A model generated the notes under the pieces. It saw nothing but the letters and a program-made list of their open reading frames with translations. It was not told the DNA's origin and made no database searches. The translations under genes were made by a program, and so were the position numbers. Below are positions 18,719 through 26,234 of a stretch of DNA of 64,000 nucleotides, piece after piece (within the stretch, counting starts at the first letter, position 1; every line of letters starts with the position of its first letter). The DNA comes from an uncultured delta proteobacterium (GTDB taxonomy: Bacteria; Desulfobacterota; Desulfobacteria; Desulfobacterales; JAHEIW01), in assembly GCA_963706575.1 (NCBI GenBank), contig CAVPNL010000005.1, positions 64,001 through 128,000 on the forward strand. Reading direction: 5' to 3'.

Positions 18719-19198
18719 ATGTTGCCGAACGAACTAAAAGAATCACTGGAAGAGAAAATCGCGCATGCCGATCATCCGCGGGAGATGGTGGTTGACGTCA
18801 TGCTGGCGCTGCAGGAGCACTACGGTTTCTTAAGCGATGATGCCGTGGAAGCGGTTGCGGCGTTATTGGGGATGTCGCCTCTGGAAGTGGAGGAGCTCGC
18901 CACCTTCTATACCTTTATTTACCGTGAGCCGGTCGGAAAATATGTGATTCATGTCTGTGACAGTGTGATTTGCTGGATGGACGGGGTTGGATCCATATCC
19001 ATACAGGATTATCTTTGCCGAAAACTGGATATCGCTGTGGGCGCCACCTCGGCGGATGGACTATTTACGCTTTTGCCGGTCTGCTGTATCGGATATTGTG
19101 ATTTGTCGCCGGCCATGCTGATCAACCGCAAGGTTTACGGGCATCTGACACCGCAGAAGATCGATGAAATATTAGAAAAATTGAAATCAGAAGCATGA
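18719..19198 (+). CDS. nuoE: NADH-quinone oxidoreductase subunit E
   Basis: [2Fe-2S] motif CDSVIC...CIGYC. ATG 18719 is preferred over the track start at 18617, which overlaps nuoD and the repeat. Confidence 0.93.
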   Translation: MLPNELKESLEEKIAHADHPREMVVDVMLALQEHYGFLSDDAVEAVAALLGMSPLEVEELATFYTFIYREPVGKYVIHVCDSVICWMDGVGSISIQDYLCRKLDIAVGATSADGLFTLLPVCCIGYCDLSPAMLINRKVYGHLTPQKIDEILEKLKSEA

Positions 19199-19201
19199 GA
19201 A

Positions 19202-19307
19202 GATTTCGGAATGCGGAATGCGGATTTCGGATTAACGCATTCACCATTTAACTCATTATGCTTCCTTTAACTTTAGGCATTTTAGGCACTTTTAATTTTA
19301 GGCATTT
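19202..19307. repeat. Heptamer and TTTAGGCA arrays in the nuoE-nuoF spacer
   Basis: GATTTCG GAATGCG GAATGCG GATTTCG GATT, then TTTAGGCAT TTTAGGCAC ... TTTAGGCAT. Confidence 0.75.
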
Positions 19308-19310
19308 ACG

Positions 19311-20579
19311 ATGAAGTATCCTCAGATCTTACTTGAAAACCGCAAACCGGACCGCATTACCACACTGGAAGAATACGAACAAAGCGGTGGGTATCAGAGC
19401 TTGAAAGCGGCTATCTCCGAGCACGGCGAAGCGGGCATCCAGCAGATGATTGAGGATGCCAGCCTGCTGGGGCGCGGCGGCGCAGCCTTTCCGGCGGGTT
19501 TAAAACTGAAATCAGTGGCCGCCGACGCGCCGTCTCCGCGATATATCGTTTGCAATGCCGATGAAATGGAGCCCGGCACCTTTAAAGATCGGGTGTTGAT
19601 CCACGCCAATCCCCACATGATCATCGAAGGTATGATCATTGCCGGGTTTTCGATTCAAGCGCAAAAGGGCATTATTTTCATCCGGCCGGAGTACGAAAGC
19701 GGCGCCCGAATTTTAGAACGCGAGGTCAAAGCGGCCGAAGCAGCCGGCTATCTGGGTAAAAATATACTGGGAAGTCATTACACCCTGGAGATTGTTGTTC
19801 ACCGTAGCGGCGGCCGGTACATCTGCGGCGAGGTGACGGCCCAGTTGAATGCCTTAATGGGCAAACGGCCCAATCCCGTGCAACCGCCACCGTATCCAAC
19901 CGAAAAAGGGGTCTGGGGCCTGCCCACGGTGCTCAGCAACGTGGAAACCTTTGCCTGCGTGCCGCACATTATCCGCCGGGGTCCTGACTGGTTCAAAGGC
20001 CTGGCCAAAACCGAAACCGCTGCGGGAACCAAAATCTTTTGCGTCAGCGGCAGGGTGAAGCGGCCCGGCTGTTATGAGCTGCCCATGGGAGTCCGATTAA
20101 GTGAGATTATTAATGATTATGCCGGCGGCATGCTGGACGGCTCGGAATACAAGGCCTGTTTGCCCGGAGGCGCTTCAACCGGGTTTCTTCCCAAAGAGCA
20201 CTTTGACATTGAAATGGATTTTGAATCCCTCAAAAAGGTCGGAAACAGACTGGGAACCGGCGCCATTATGGTTTTTGACCACAAAACCTGCCTGGTGGCG
20301 GCGACCTTGAATTTAACCGAGTTTTTTACCAGAGAATCCTGCGGCTGGTGCACCCCCTGCCGGGAAGGTCTGCCGTATATCCGCGATTTGCTTTTGCGCC
20401 TGGAAAAGGGTGAAGGCCGGGAAGATTTTATCCCTTTGCTGGAAGAAATGGGCAGGCATCTCTGGAGCGCATACTGTGCGTTCGCACCCGGAGCCGTCGC
20501 GCCTTTGCAAAGTTTGCTGGCGCAATTCCGGGACGAGGTAGAGGCGCATATTCGTCAGAAGAAATGTCCATTCAGTTAA
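19311..20579 (+). CDS. nuoF: NADH-quinone oxidoreductase subunit F
   Basis: GRGGAAFP, CNADEMEPGTFKD, YICGE and ESCGWCTPCREG...YCAF. Confidence 0.96.
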   Translation: MKYPQILLENRKPDRITTLEEYEQSGGYQSLKAAISEHGEAGIQQMIEDASLLGRGGAAFPAGLKLKSVAADAPSPRYIVCNADEMEPGTFKDRVLIHANPHMIIEGMIIAGFSIQAQKGIIFIRPEYESGARILEREVKAAEAAGYLGKNILGSHYTLEIVVHRSGGRYICGEVTAQLNALMGKRPNPVQPPPYPTEKGVWGLPTVLSNVETFACVPHIIRRGPDWFKGLAKTETAAGTKIFCVSGRVKRPGCYELPMGVRLSEIINDYAGGMLDGSEYKACLPGGASTGFLPKEHFDIEMDFESLKKVGNRLGTGAIMVFDHKTCLVAATLNLTEFFTRESCGWCTPCREGLPYIRDLLLRLEKGEGREDFIPLLEEMGRHLWSAYCAFAPGAVAPLQSLLAQFRDEVEAHIRQKKCPFS

Positions 20580-20611
20580 CTGGCAGTCAATACAAATTTA
20601 TGATTTGTTTC

Positions 20612-20635
20612 GGTCGGCGCGGAGGCCGACCCTAC
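20612..20635 (-). repeat. GTAG-family REP-like hairpin
   Basis: Minus strand GTAG-GGTCGGC-CTCCGC-GCCGACC. Confidence 0.6.
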
Positions 20636-20664
20636 TTGTGAATTAAAGATCTTGGAATGTTGGA

Positions 20665-23163
20665 ATGCCTAAACTCGTTATCGATGATCGTGAAATCGAA
20701 GTTGCGCCGGGAACCAAGGTGATCGAAGCTGCGCAAAAGCTGGGCATCATGATCCCGCGGTTATGTTACCATCCGGCTCTGGGTTCGGTGGGCGCCTGCC
20801 GGGTGTGTGCCGTTAAATTTTTACAGGGCCCGTTTAAAGGGGTGCAGATGAGCTGCATGGTGGCCGCCCAGGACGACATGGTGGTGTCCACCACCGACAA
20901 AGAAGCGGTCGCTTTCCGCAAATATGTGATTGAATGGCTGATGCTCAATCATCCCCACGATTGTCCGGTGTGCGATGAGGGCGGACATTGCCTGCTGCAG
21001 GATATGACGGTTTCCGGCGGCCACGGAATCCGAAGATACCTGGGGAAGAAGCGCACCTACGCCGACCAGTATCTGGGTCCCTTGCTCCAGCACGAAATGA
21101 ATCGCTGTATTCATTGTTACCGCTGTGCCAGATTTTATCAGGAATTCAGCGGTTATCGGGATCTGGGAGTCATGCAATCCGCCAATCAAACCTATTTTGG
21201 ACGTTTTGAAGACGGTGTCCTGGAAAGCCCCTTTTCAGGCAACCTGAGCGATATCTGTCCGACCGGCGTTTACACCGATAAGCCCGCCCGTTTTTTTGGC
21301 CGACGCTGGGATTTCGAGCGCAGTCCTTCATTATGTATTAGTTGCTCTTTAGGCTGCCATACGGTCGTAAGCTGCCGGTATCGTAAAGTCGTCAGGCAAG
21401 AAGCCCGGTTCAGTAATTCGGTAAACGGTTACTTCATTTGCGACCGGGGCCGCTATGGATTTTTCTATGCCGATCTGGAGCAGCGACCCCGCAGAGCCAT
21501 GATTGATGGTGAAGCGGTGGCTGTCGATCAGGCGGTTAATGTTCTGAAACAAAGGCTGGAGACCATCATGAACAAGGCCGGTAAGGCAGCGGTTGCCTGT
21601 GCGGGATCTACCCGCAGCAGTCTTGAAACGCTGGCCATGTTGAAACGGGCATCTCAGGTCAACGGATGGTCAGCGCCGGCTTATTTTGTGGATACGGCCA
21701 GTGCTCGTAGGGTGAAATCCGCTGTTGCCAGACTAGAACCCGATCTGATGGTCTCGCTGCGTGAAATTGAGTCAGCCGATTTTGTTTTAATGGTCGGCGC
21801 CGATGCGGTTAATGAAGCGCCGATGCTGGCTCCGGCCATGCGCCAGGCCCGGCGAAATAGTGCAACGATTGCCGTCATTGATCCCCGCCCGGTTTTTCTG
21901 CCTTTCGCATTTGAGCATTTGCCCGCAAAACTGGAAGAGCTCGATGGTTACCTCGCAGCGGTGATAAAAGCAGCGATCGATCCAGCTGCCCTTGAAGAAC
22001 AGGAAGAAACCACCCGTAAATTCTTTGCGGCTCTTCCGGAAATAGAGCCGGTGACGCGATTACAGCCAGAAAAAATATCTGCTCTGGCCGAAAAACTGAG
22101 AACCAGTCAGCGCCCGGTCATCGTTTGTGGCACGGATGCCGTGCGTCGACAGACACCCGCCCTGGCAGCCGATGTTACCCTGTTGTTGCAGGCCGCCGGC
22201 AAACAGGCGGGCTTGTTTTATTTAGTGCCCGGAGCCAATGCATTTGCGGCTGGGTTGCTTTCGGATAATACAGATTCATTTGAAACCCTTGTCGAAGATA
22301 TTGAAAAGGATTCAATTAAAGGGCTTATTCTGGTGGAAAGTAATCCGCTCTGGAAGTTTCCGGACCGGCAAAGGCTTGAAAAAGCACTGGCGCGTCTGGA
22401 GTTGATGGTTGTAATGGACTATCTGAATTCTGAAACCGCCCAGAAAGCCCATATATTCCTGCCCACGACAACGCTGTATGAATCGGGGGGTATTTATCTG
22501 AATCAGGAGGCCAGGGTCCAGATGGCGCAACCCGCTTACCGGGGCGGTGCCTCCATCGGTCTTACCGGCGGCGGGGACCATCCACCCCGGGTCTATGGCA
22601 CGGGAATCCCCGGCAATGAGCCTGCGGCAGCCTGGCAGCTACTGGATTATTTGATAGATGATGGAAAGCAGCCGACGGCGAAAGATCTGCGAGCCGGCAT
22701 ATGGAATTGGCTGGCAGAGACCGAATCCGGATTTAAAGAGCTGGGGACCATTGAGGAAATTCCCGATGACGGTGTGCGGTTTTATCGGCCGCCGGATTTA
22801 TCAGGGCGCTTTTCAAGCGAATTCCCCGGCGGCAGTTCCGTTAGTGATGGGCATTTGGAACTGATTGCCGTTGAGCGGACATTCGGCACCGAGGCGCTTG
22901 CGGCCCTGTCGGATTGTCTGGCGGAGCTTGCGGGGACGCCTGCTGTTTTGATGGGTTCAGACGATGCGGCAGAATTGAGCCTGACTGATGGGGATGTGGT
23001 GTCCATCGAACTCGATCGGGGAACCATCGAAGTCAAATTGCAGGTGGCCGATCTTATGGCCGCCGGCACGCTGATCATCCCCCGGCGCAAAGACCTGGAC
23101 TGGCAAAAATTGGGAACCGGTCAGACGCTGGTTCCAAAAGACCGGATACGGAAGATAAGATAA
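20665..23163 (+). CDS. nuoG: NADH-quinone oxidoreductase subunit G
   Basis: Cluster motifs CYHP...ACRVC...C, HPHDCPVCDEGGHC, CIHCYRC...CPTG and CISCSLGC...CDRG, with a molybdopterin-type C-terminal domain. Confidence 0.96.
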   Translation: MPKLVIDDREIEVAPGTKVIEAAQKLGIMIPRLCYHPALGSVGACRVCAVKFLQGPFKGVQMSCMVAAQDDMVVSTTDKEAVAFRKYVIEWLMLNHPHDCPVCDEGGHCLLQDMTVSGGHGIRRYLGKKRTYADQYLGPLLQHEMNRCIHCYRCARFYQEFSGYRDLGVMQSANQTYFGRFEDGVLESPFSGNLSDICPTGVYTDKPARFFGRRWDFERSPSLCISCSLGCHTVVSCRYRKVVRQEARFSNSVNGYFICDRGRYGFFYADLEQRPRRAMIDGEAVAVDQAVNVLKQRLETIMNKAGKAAVACAGSTRSSLETLAMLKRASQVNGWSAPAYFVDTASARRVKSAVARLEPDLMVSLREIESADFVLMVGADAVNEAPMLAPAMRQARRNSATIAVIDPRPVFLPFAFEHLPAKLEELDGYLAAVIKAAIDPAALEEQEETTRKFFAALPEIEPVTRLQPEKISALAEKLRTSQRPVIVCGTDAVRRQTPALAADVTLLLQAAGKQAGLFYLVPGANAFAAGLLSDNTDSFETLVEDIEKDSIKGLILVESNPLWKFPDRQRLEKALARLELMVVMDYLNSETAQKAHIFLPTTTLYESGGIYLNQEARVQMAQPAYRGGASIGLTGGGDHPPRVYGTGIPGNEPAAAWQLLDYLIDDGKQPTAKDLRAGIWNWLAETESGFKELGTIEEIPDDGVRFYRPPDLSGRFSSEFPGGSSVSDGHLELIAVERTFGTEALAALSDCLAELAGTPAVLMGSDDAAELSLTDGDVVSIELDRGTIEVKLQVADLMAAGTLIIPRRKDLDWQKLGTGQTLVPKDRIRKIR

Positions 23164-23180
23164 ACGAATAATTTATTCCA

Positions 23181-24185
23181 ATGGCGAACGGAACGATTAT
23201 GGTAACCTGGATTGCTGGATTCATCATACTGATTGTAAAATTGGGTGTTGTGCTTCTGGTTTTGCTGCTACTGGCTGCATACCTCGTGTGGCTGGAACGC
23301 AAATTTCTGGCAAGACTGCAGATTCGCTACGGCCCGAACCGGGCCGGAAAGTTCGGGCTGCTTCAGCCGATTGCGGATAGCATCAAGATGCTCACCAAGG
23401 AAGATATCGTTCCGGCGGCAGCGGATCGTTTTATTTTTCTGCTGGCACCTGCGGTGGTCGCCACGACGGCCCTGATGATGTTTGCCGTCGTTCCGTTTGG
23501 AAGCAGCCTAACGCTTTTTGGGAAAAAGGTGCCGCTCGTAATAACGGATCTGAACGTGGGGCTGCTCTTTGTCTTTGCGCTTTCTTCTTTAGGGGTCTAT
23601 GGTGTTGCAATGGGCGGCTGGGCCTCCAATTCGAAATACAGCCTCCTGGGCGGTATCCGCGGGGCGGCGCAGATGATCAGCTATGAGTTGGCCCTGGGGC
23701 TTTCCCTGGTTCCGATTGTCATGCTGGCGGACTCCTTCAGCATTGTGGAAATAGTTAAGGCTCAGGAGAGGTACCCGTTTATTTTGGTCCAGCCCTTTGC
23801 GTTTGTCATCTTCATGATTAGCGCCATGGCTGAAAGCAAACGGATTCCCTTTGATCTGCCCGAGGCTGAAAACGAGCTGGGGGCCGGCTACCACACCGAG
23901 TACAGTGGAATTCGCTTCGGGCTTTTTTTTCTGGGAGAATATGTCCATCTGCAGGTGCTGGGTGCGCTGGTGGCGGTCCTTTTTTTGGGCGGCTGGCGGG
24001 GCCCCATCCTGCCGCCGCCGGTATGGCTTTTTATTAAAATCATTTTTGTGGCGTTGATAATGATCTGGGTGCGGGGGACCCTGCCGCGACTGCGTTATGA
24101 TCAACTCATGGCGCTGGGGTGGAAAGTATTAATTCCAGCGGCTTTGATAAACATAATGGTAACCGGTGCAGTGCTGCTGATGTAA
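23181..24185 (+). CDS. nuoH: NADH-quinone oxidoreductase subunit H
   Basis: 'ERK...R.GPNRAG..GLLQPIAD.IK', 'PFDLPEAE.EL..GY.TEYS' and 'PRLRYDQLM'. Confidence 0.96.
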   Translation: MANGTIMVTWIAGFIILIVKLGVVLLVLLLLAAYLVWLERKFLARLQIRYGPNRAGKFGLLQPIADSIKMLTKEDIVPAAADRFIFLLAPAVVATTALMMFAVVPFGSSLTLFGKKVPLVITDLNVGLLFVFALSSLGVYGVAMGGWASNSKYSLLGGIRGAAQMISYELALGLSLVPIVMLADSFSIVEIVKAQERYPFILVQPFAFVIFMISAMAESKRIPFDLPEAENELGAGYHTEYSGIRFGLFFLGEYVHLQVLGALVAVLFLGGWRGPILPPPVWLFIKIIFVALIMIWVRGTLPRLRYDQLMALGWKVLIPAALINIMVTGAVLLM

Positions 24186-24203
24186 GATTCGAAATAGCAA
24201 TAA

Positions 24204-24300
24204 GAATTCAGGGATTAAGAATTTAGGAATTGAGGAATTCAAATCGAGAAGAATCCTCATTGCCAATTCCTAAATTCCAGAATACCTAAACACCTAAATT
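24204..24300. repeat. Octamer inverted-repeat cassette (AATTTAGG/CCTAAATT)
   Basis: GAATTCAGGGATTAAGAATTTAGGAATTGAGGAATT ... AATTCCTAAATTCCAGAATACCTAAACACCTAAATT. Confidence 0.75.
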
Positions 24301-24318
24301 TGAAAGTTTATAGAAATT

Positions 24319-24855
24319 ATGTCATCTGCCTTAGAAGCAGCAAAAGCCCTTGCAGTTGGCTTTGCAACAACATTCAAGCATCTCTTTCGAAAGCCCATAA
24401 CGGAAGAATACCCGGAATATAAACGCCCGTTGCCGGCGCGCAGCCGGGCCCGCATCATTCTGACCCGGGATCCCGACGGCGCTGAACGCTGCGTGGCCTG
24501 TTATCTGTGTTCGGCGGTTTGCCCGGTCAGCTGCATCTCCATGCAATCGGCCGAAGGAGAAGGCGGGCGGCGATATGCTCAATGGTTTCGAATTAACTTT
24601 GGCCGCTGTATCTATTGCGGTCTGTGCGAAGAAGCCTGCCCGACTTCCGCCATTCAGCTCACACCGGATTTTGAGAACTGTCAAAGAGATATCCTGACGC
24701 TGGTTTTCGAGAAAAAAGATCTGCTTGTCGATCACCAGGGTAAAGATAAAGAATATAATTTCTACAAATATGCCGGCGTGGTCACCGGGGTGGGGGAAAA
24801 AGGTGAGCATGTCAAGGAGGATAAGCCGGTCAATATAAAATCTAATCTCCCTTGA
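24319..24855 (+). CDS. nuoI: NADH-quinone oxidoreductase subunit I
   Basis: Two CxxCxxCxxxCP motifs (CVACYLCSAVCP and CIYCGLCEEACP). Confidence 0.96.
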   Translation: MSSALEAAKALAVGFATTFKHLFRKPITEEYPEYKRPLPARSRARIILTRDPDGAERCVACYLCSAVCPVSCISMQSAEGEGGRRYAQWFRINFGRCIYCGLCEEACPTSAIQLTPDFENCQRDILTLVFEKKDLLVDHQGKDKEYNFYKYAGVVTGVGEKGEHVKEDKPVNIKSNLP

Positions 24856-24861
24856 TATCAA

Positions 24862-25000
24862 TGGAGTATTGGAGCGATGGAGTAAAATCAATTGCGGATT
24901 TTAGATTGCGGATTGCGGATTGAAATACCTGATGTGCCGAATATTTAAAATCCGAAATCTGCAATCCGCATTCCGAAATCTTATTCACTCCAGTACTCCA
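24862..25000. repeat. Nested octamer/heptamer inverted-repeat cassette
   Basis: Outer TGGAGTAT TGGAGCGA TGGAGTA / CACTCCAGTACTCCA. Inner ATTGCGGATTTTAGATTGCGGATTGCGGATT / AATCCGAAATCTGCAATCCGCATTCCGAAATC. Confidence 0.85.
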
Positions 25001-25053
25001 GATAAAAGCGGAGTTGTTAAATATCTTCACATCAAAAACTGACTTAAAATTTT

Positions 25054-25560
25054 ATGACACTGTACGCTCTCATATTCTACATCTTAGCCGCCATTATTCT
25101 GATCACCACCGGTTTGGCCATCACGCGGCGCAACCTGGTGCATGCCGTGGTGTATCTGGTTTTTTCTTTTTTCGGCAGCGCCATGATCTTTTATCTTTTC
25201 GGGGCGCCGCTTCTGGCGGTACTGGAAGTGATTATTTATGCCGGTGCCATTATGATTCTTTTTCTATTTATCATCATGATGGTCAAAGCGGAGACTTCAG
25301 AAAAGCGGTTGTTTGCGATTCAACAATGGCTGCCGATTGTCCTGATCGCGGTCGTCTATCTTGTTATCGGTGCCGTAATTGTTTCTTCTGCCCCCGGCAG
25401 CCAGGTTACGCTGGAAATCGCACTCGCCAAACCAAAAGCATTCGGCGAATATTTGTTTCAAAGACACTGGCTGGTCATCGAAATCGTCTCGTTGCTGCTG
25501 CTGATTGCACTCGTCGGTGCACTTTATCTGGGGCGCAAGAAGCCCGGGGAAAATATTTGA
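25054..25560 (+). CDS. nuoJ: NADH-quinone oxidoreductase subunit J
   Basis: 'IIYAGAIMILFLFIIMM' and 'EIVSLLLLIALVGA'. Confidence 0.95.
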   Translation: MTLYALIFYILAAIILITTGLAITRRNLVHAVVYLVFSFFGSAMIFYLFGAPLLAVLEVIIYAGAIMILFLFIIMMVKAETSEKRLFAIQQWLPIVLIAVVYLVIGAVIVSSAPGSQVTLEIALAKPKAFGEYLFQRHWLVIEIVSLLLLIALVGALYLGRKKPGENI

Positions 25561-25600
25561 AAAGTTACAAAGTTCTTACAAGATGAAACCAAATTAGCGT

Positions 25601-25683
25601 TTAACCACGAAGATCACGAAGAGCCCGAAGAATGACTTTTTTTTAAAAAAAACTTCGTGAACTTCGTGTCCTTCGTGGTGATA
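25601..25683. repeat. Nonamer inverted-repeat cassette (CACGAAG type)
   Basis: TTAACCACGAAGATCACGAAGAGCCCGAAG ... CTTCGTGAACTTCGTGTCCTTCGTGGTG around a T8A8 core. Confidence 0.85.
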
Positions 25684-25744
25684 AAAATTCTGGTAGGAAA
25701 AGCTAAATCTTAATTTTAAGAAACCCACAAATTAAAGATAAATT

Positions 25745-26047
25745 ATGATCGTTCCATTTGGCCATGTTCTGATATTATGCGGGCTTCTTTTCCTGATGGG
25801 GGTATTTTGTGCGGTTGTGCGTCGTAACCTGATCATGATTGTGCTGGGCGTGGAAATTATGTTAAACGCCGCCTCCATTGCTTTTGTGGGCGCCGCATTG
25901 CGATGGCAACAGCTGGAAGGCCAGGTGTTCGCCCTTTTTATCTTAGCAGTGGCAGCCGCAGAGGTATCCGTTGGGCTGGCTTTGATTGTTTATGTTTACA
26001 GAAGGACCGGGTCATTTGATCCGGAAGCGTATAACCTTTTGAAATGA
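25745..26047 (+). CDS. nuoK: NADH-quinone oxidoreductase subunit K
   Basis: 'RRNLIMIVLGVEIMLNA' and 'AVAAAEVSVGLAL'. Confidence 0.96.
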   Translation: MIVPFGHVLILCGLLFLMGVFCAVVRRNLIMIVLGVEIMLNAASIAFVGAALRWQQLEGQVFALFILAVAAAEVSVGLALIVYVYRRTGSFDPEAYNLLK

Positions 26048-26056
26048 AGAATAACA

Positions 26057-26215
26057 TGGAGTTATGAAGTGGTGGGGTAAAATTAATTGCGGATTTTAGA
26101 TTGCGGATTGAAATATCAGACATGTCGGCATTAAAAATCCGAAATCTGCAACCCCGAAATTTTAATCGTTTGAATTTTCCGGTAGCGTATTGCTCCATTG
26201 CCAACAAATTACTCT
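26057..26215. repeat. Second, degenerate copy of the nested octamer/heptamer cassette
   Basis: TGGAGTTA TGAAGTGG TGGGGTAAAATTAATTGCGGATTTTAGATTGCGGATTGAAATA ... AAAATCCGAAATCTGCAACCCCGAAAT ... TTGCTCCA; colinear with 24862-25000. Confidence 0.8.
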
Positions 26216-26234
26216 CTAAACATCGAGTGACCGT

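Noticed and set aside
4806..26215. Periodic repeats considered as a CRISPR array
   Set aside because: Units are 7-10 bp, tandem and inverted, with no 25-45 bp repeats, no unique spacers and no cas genes.
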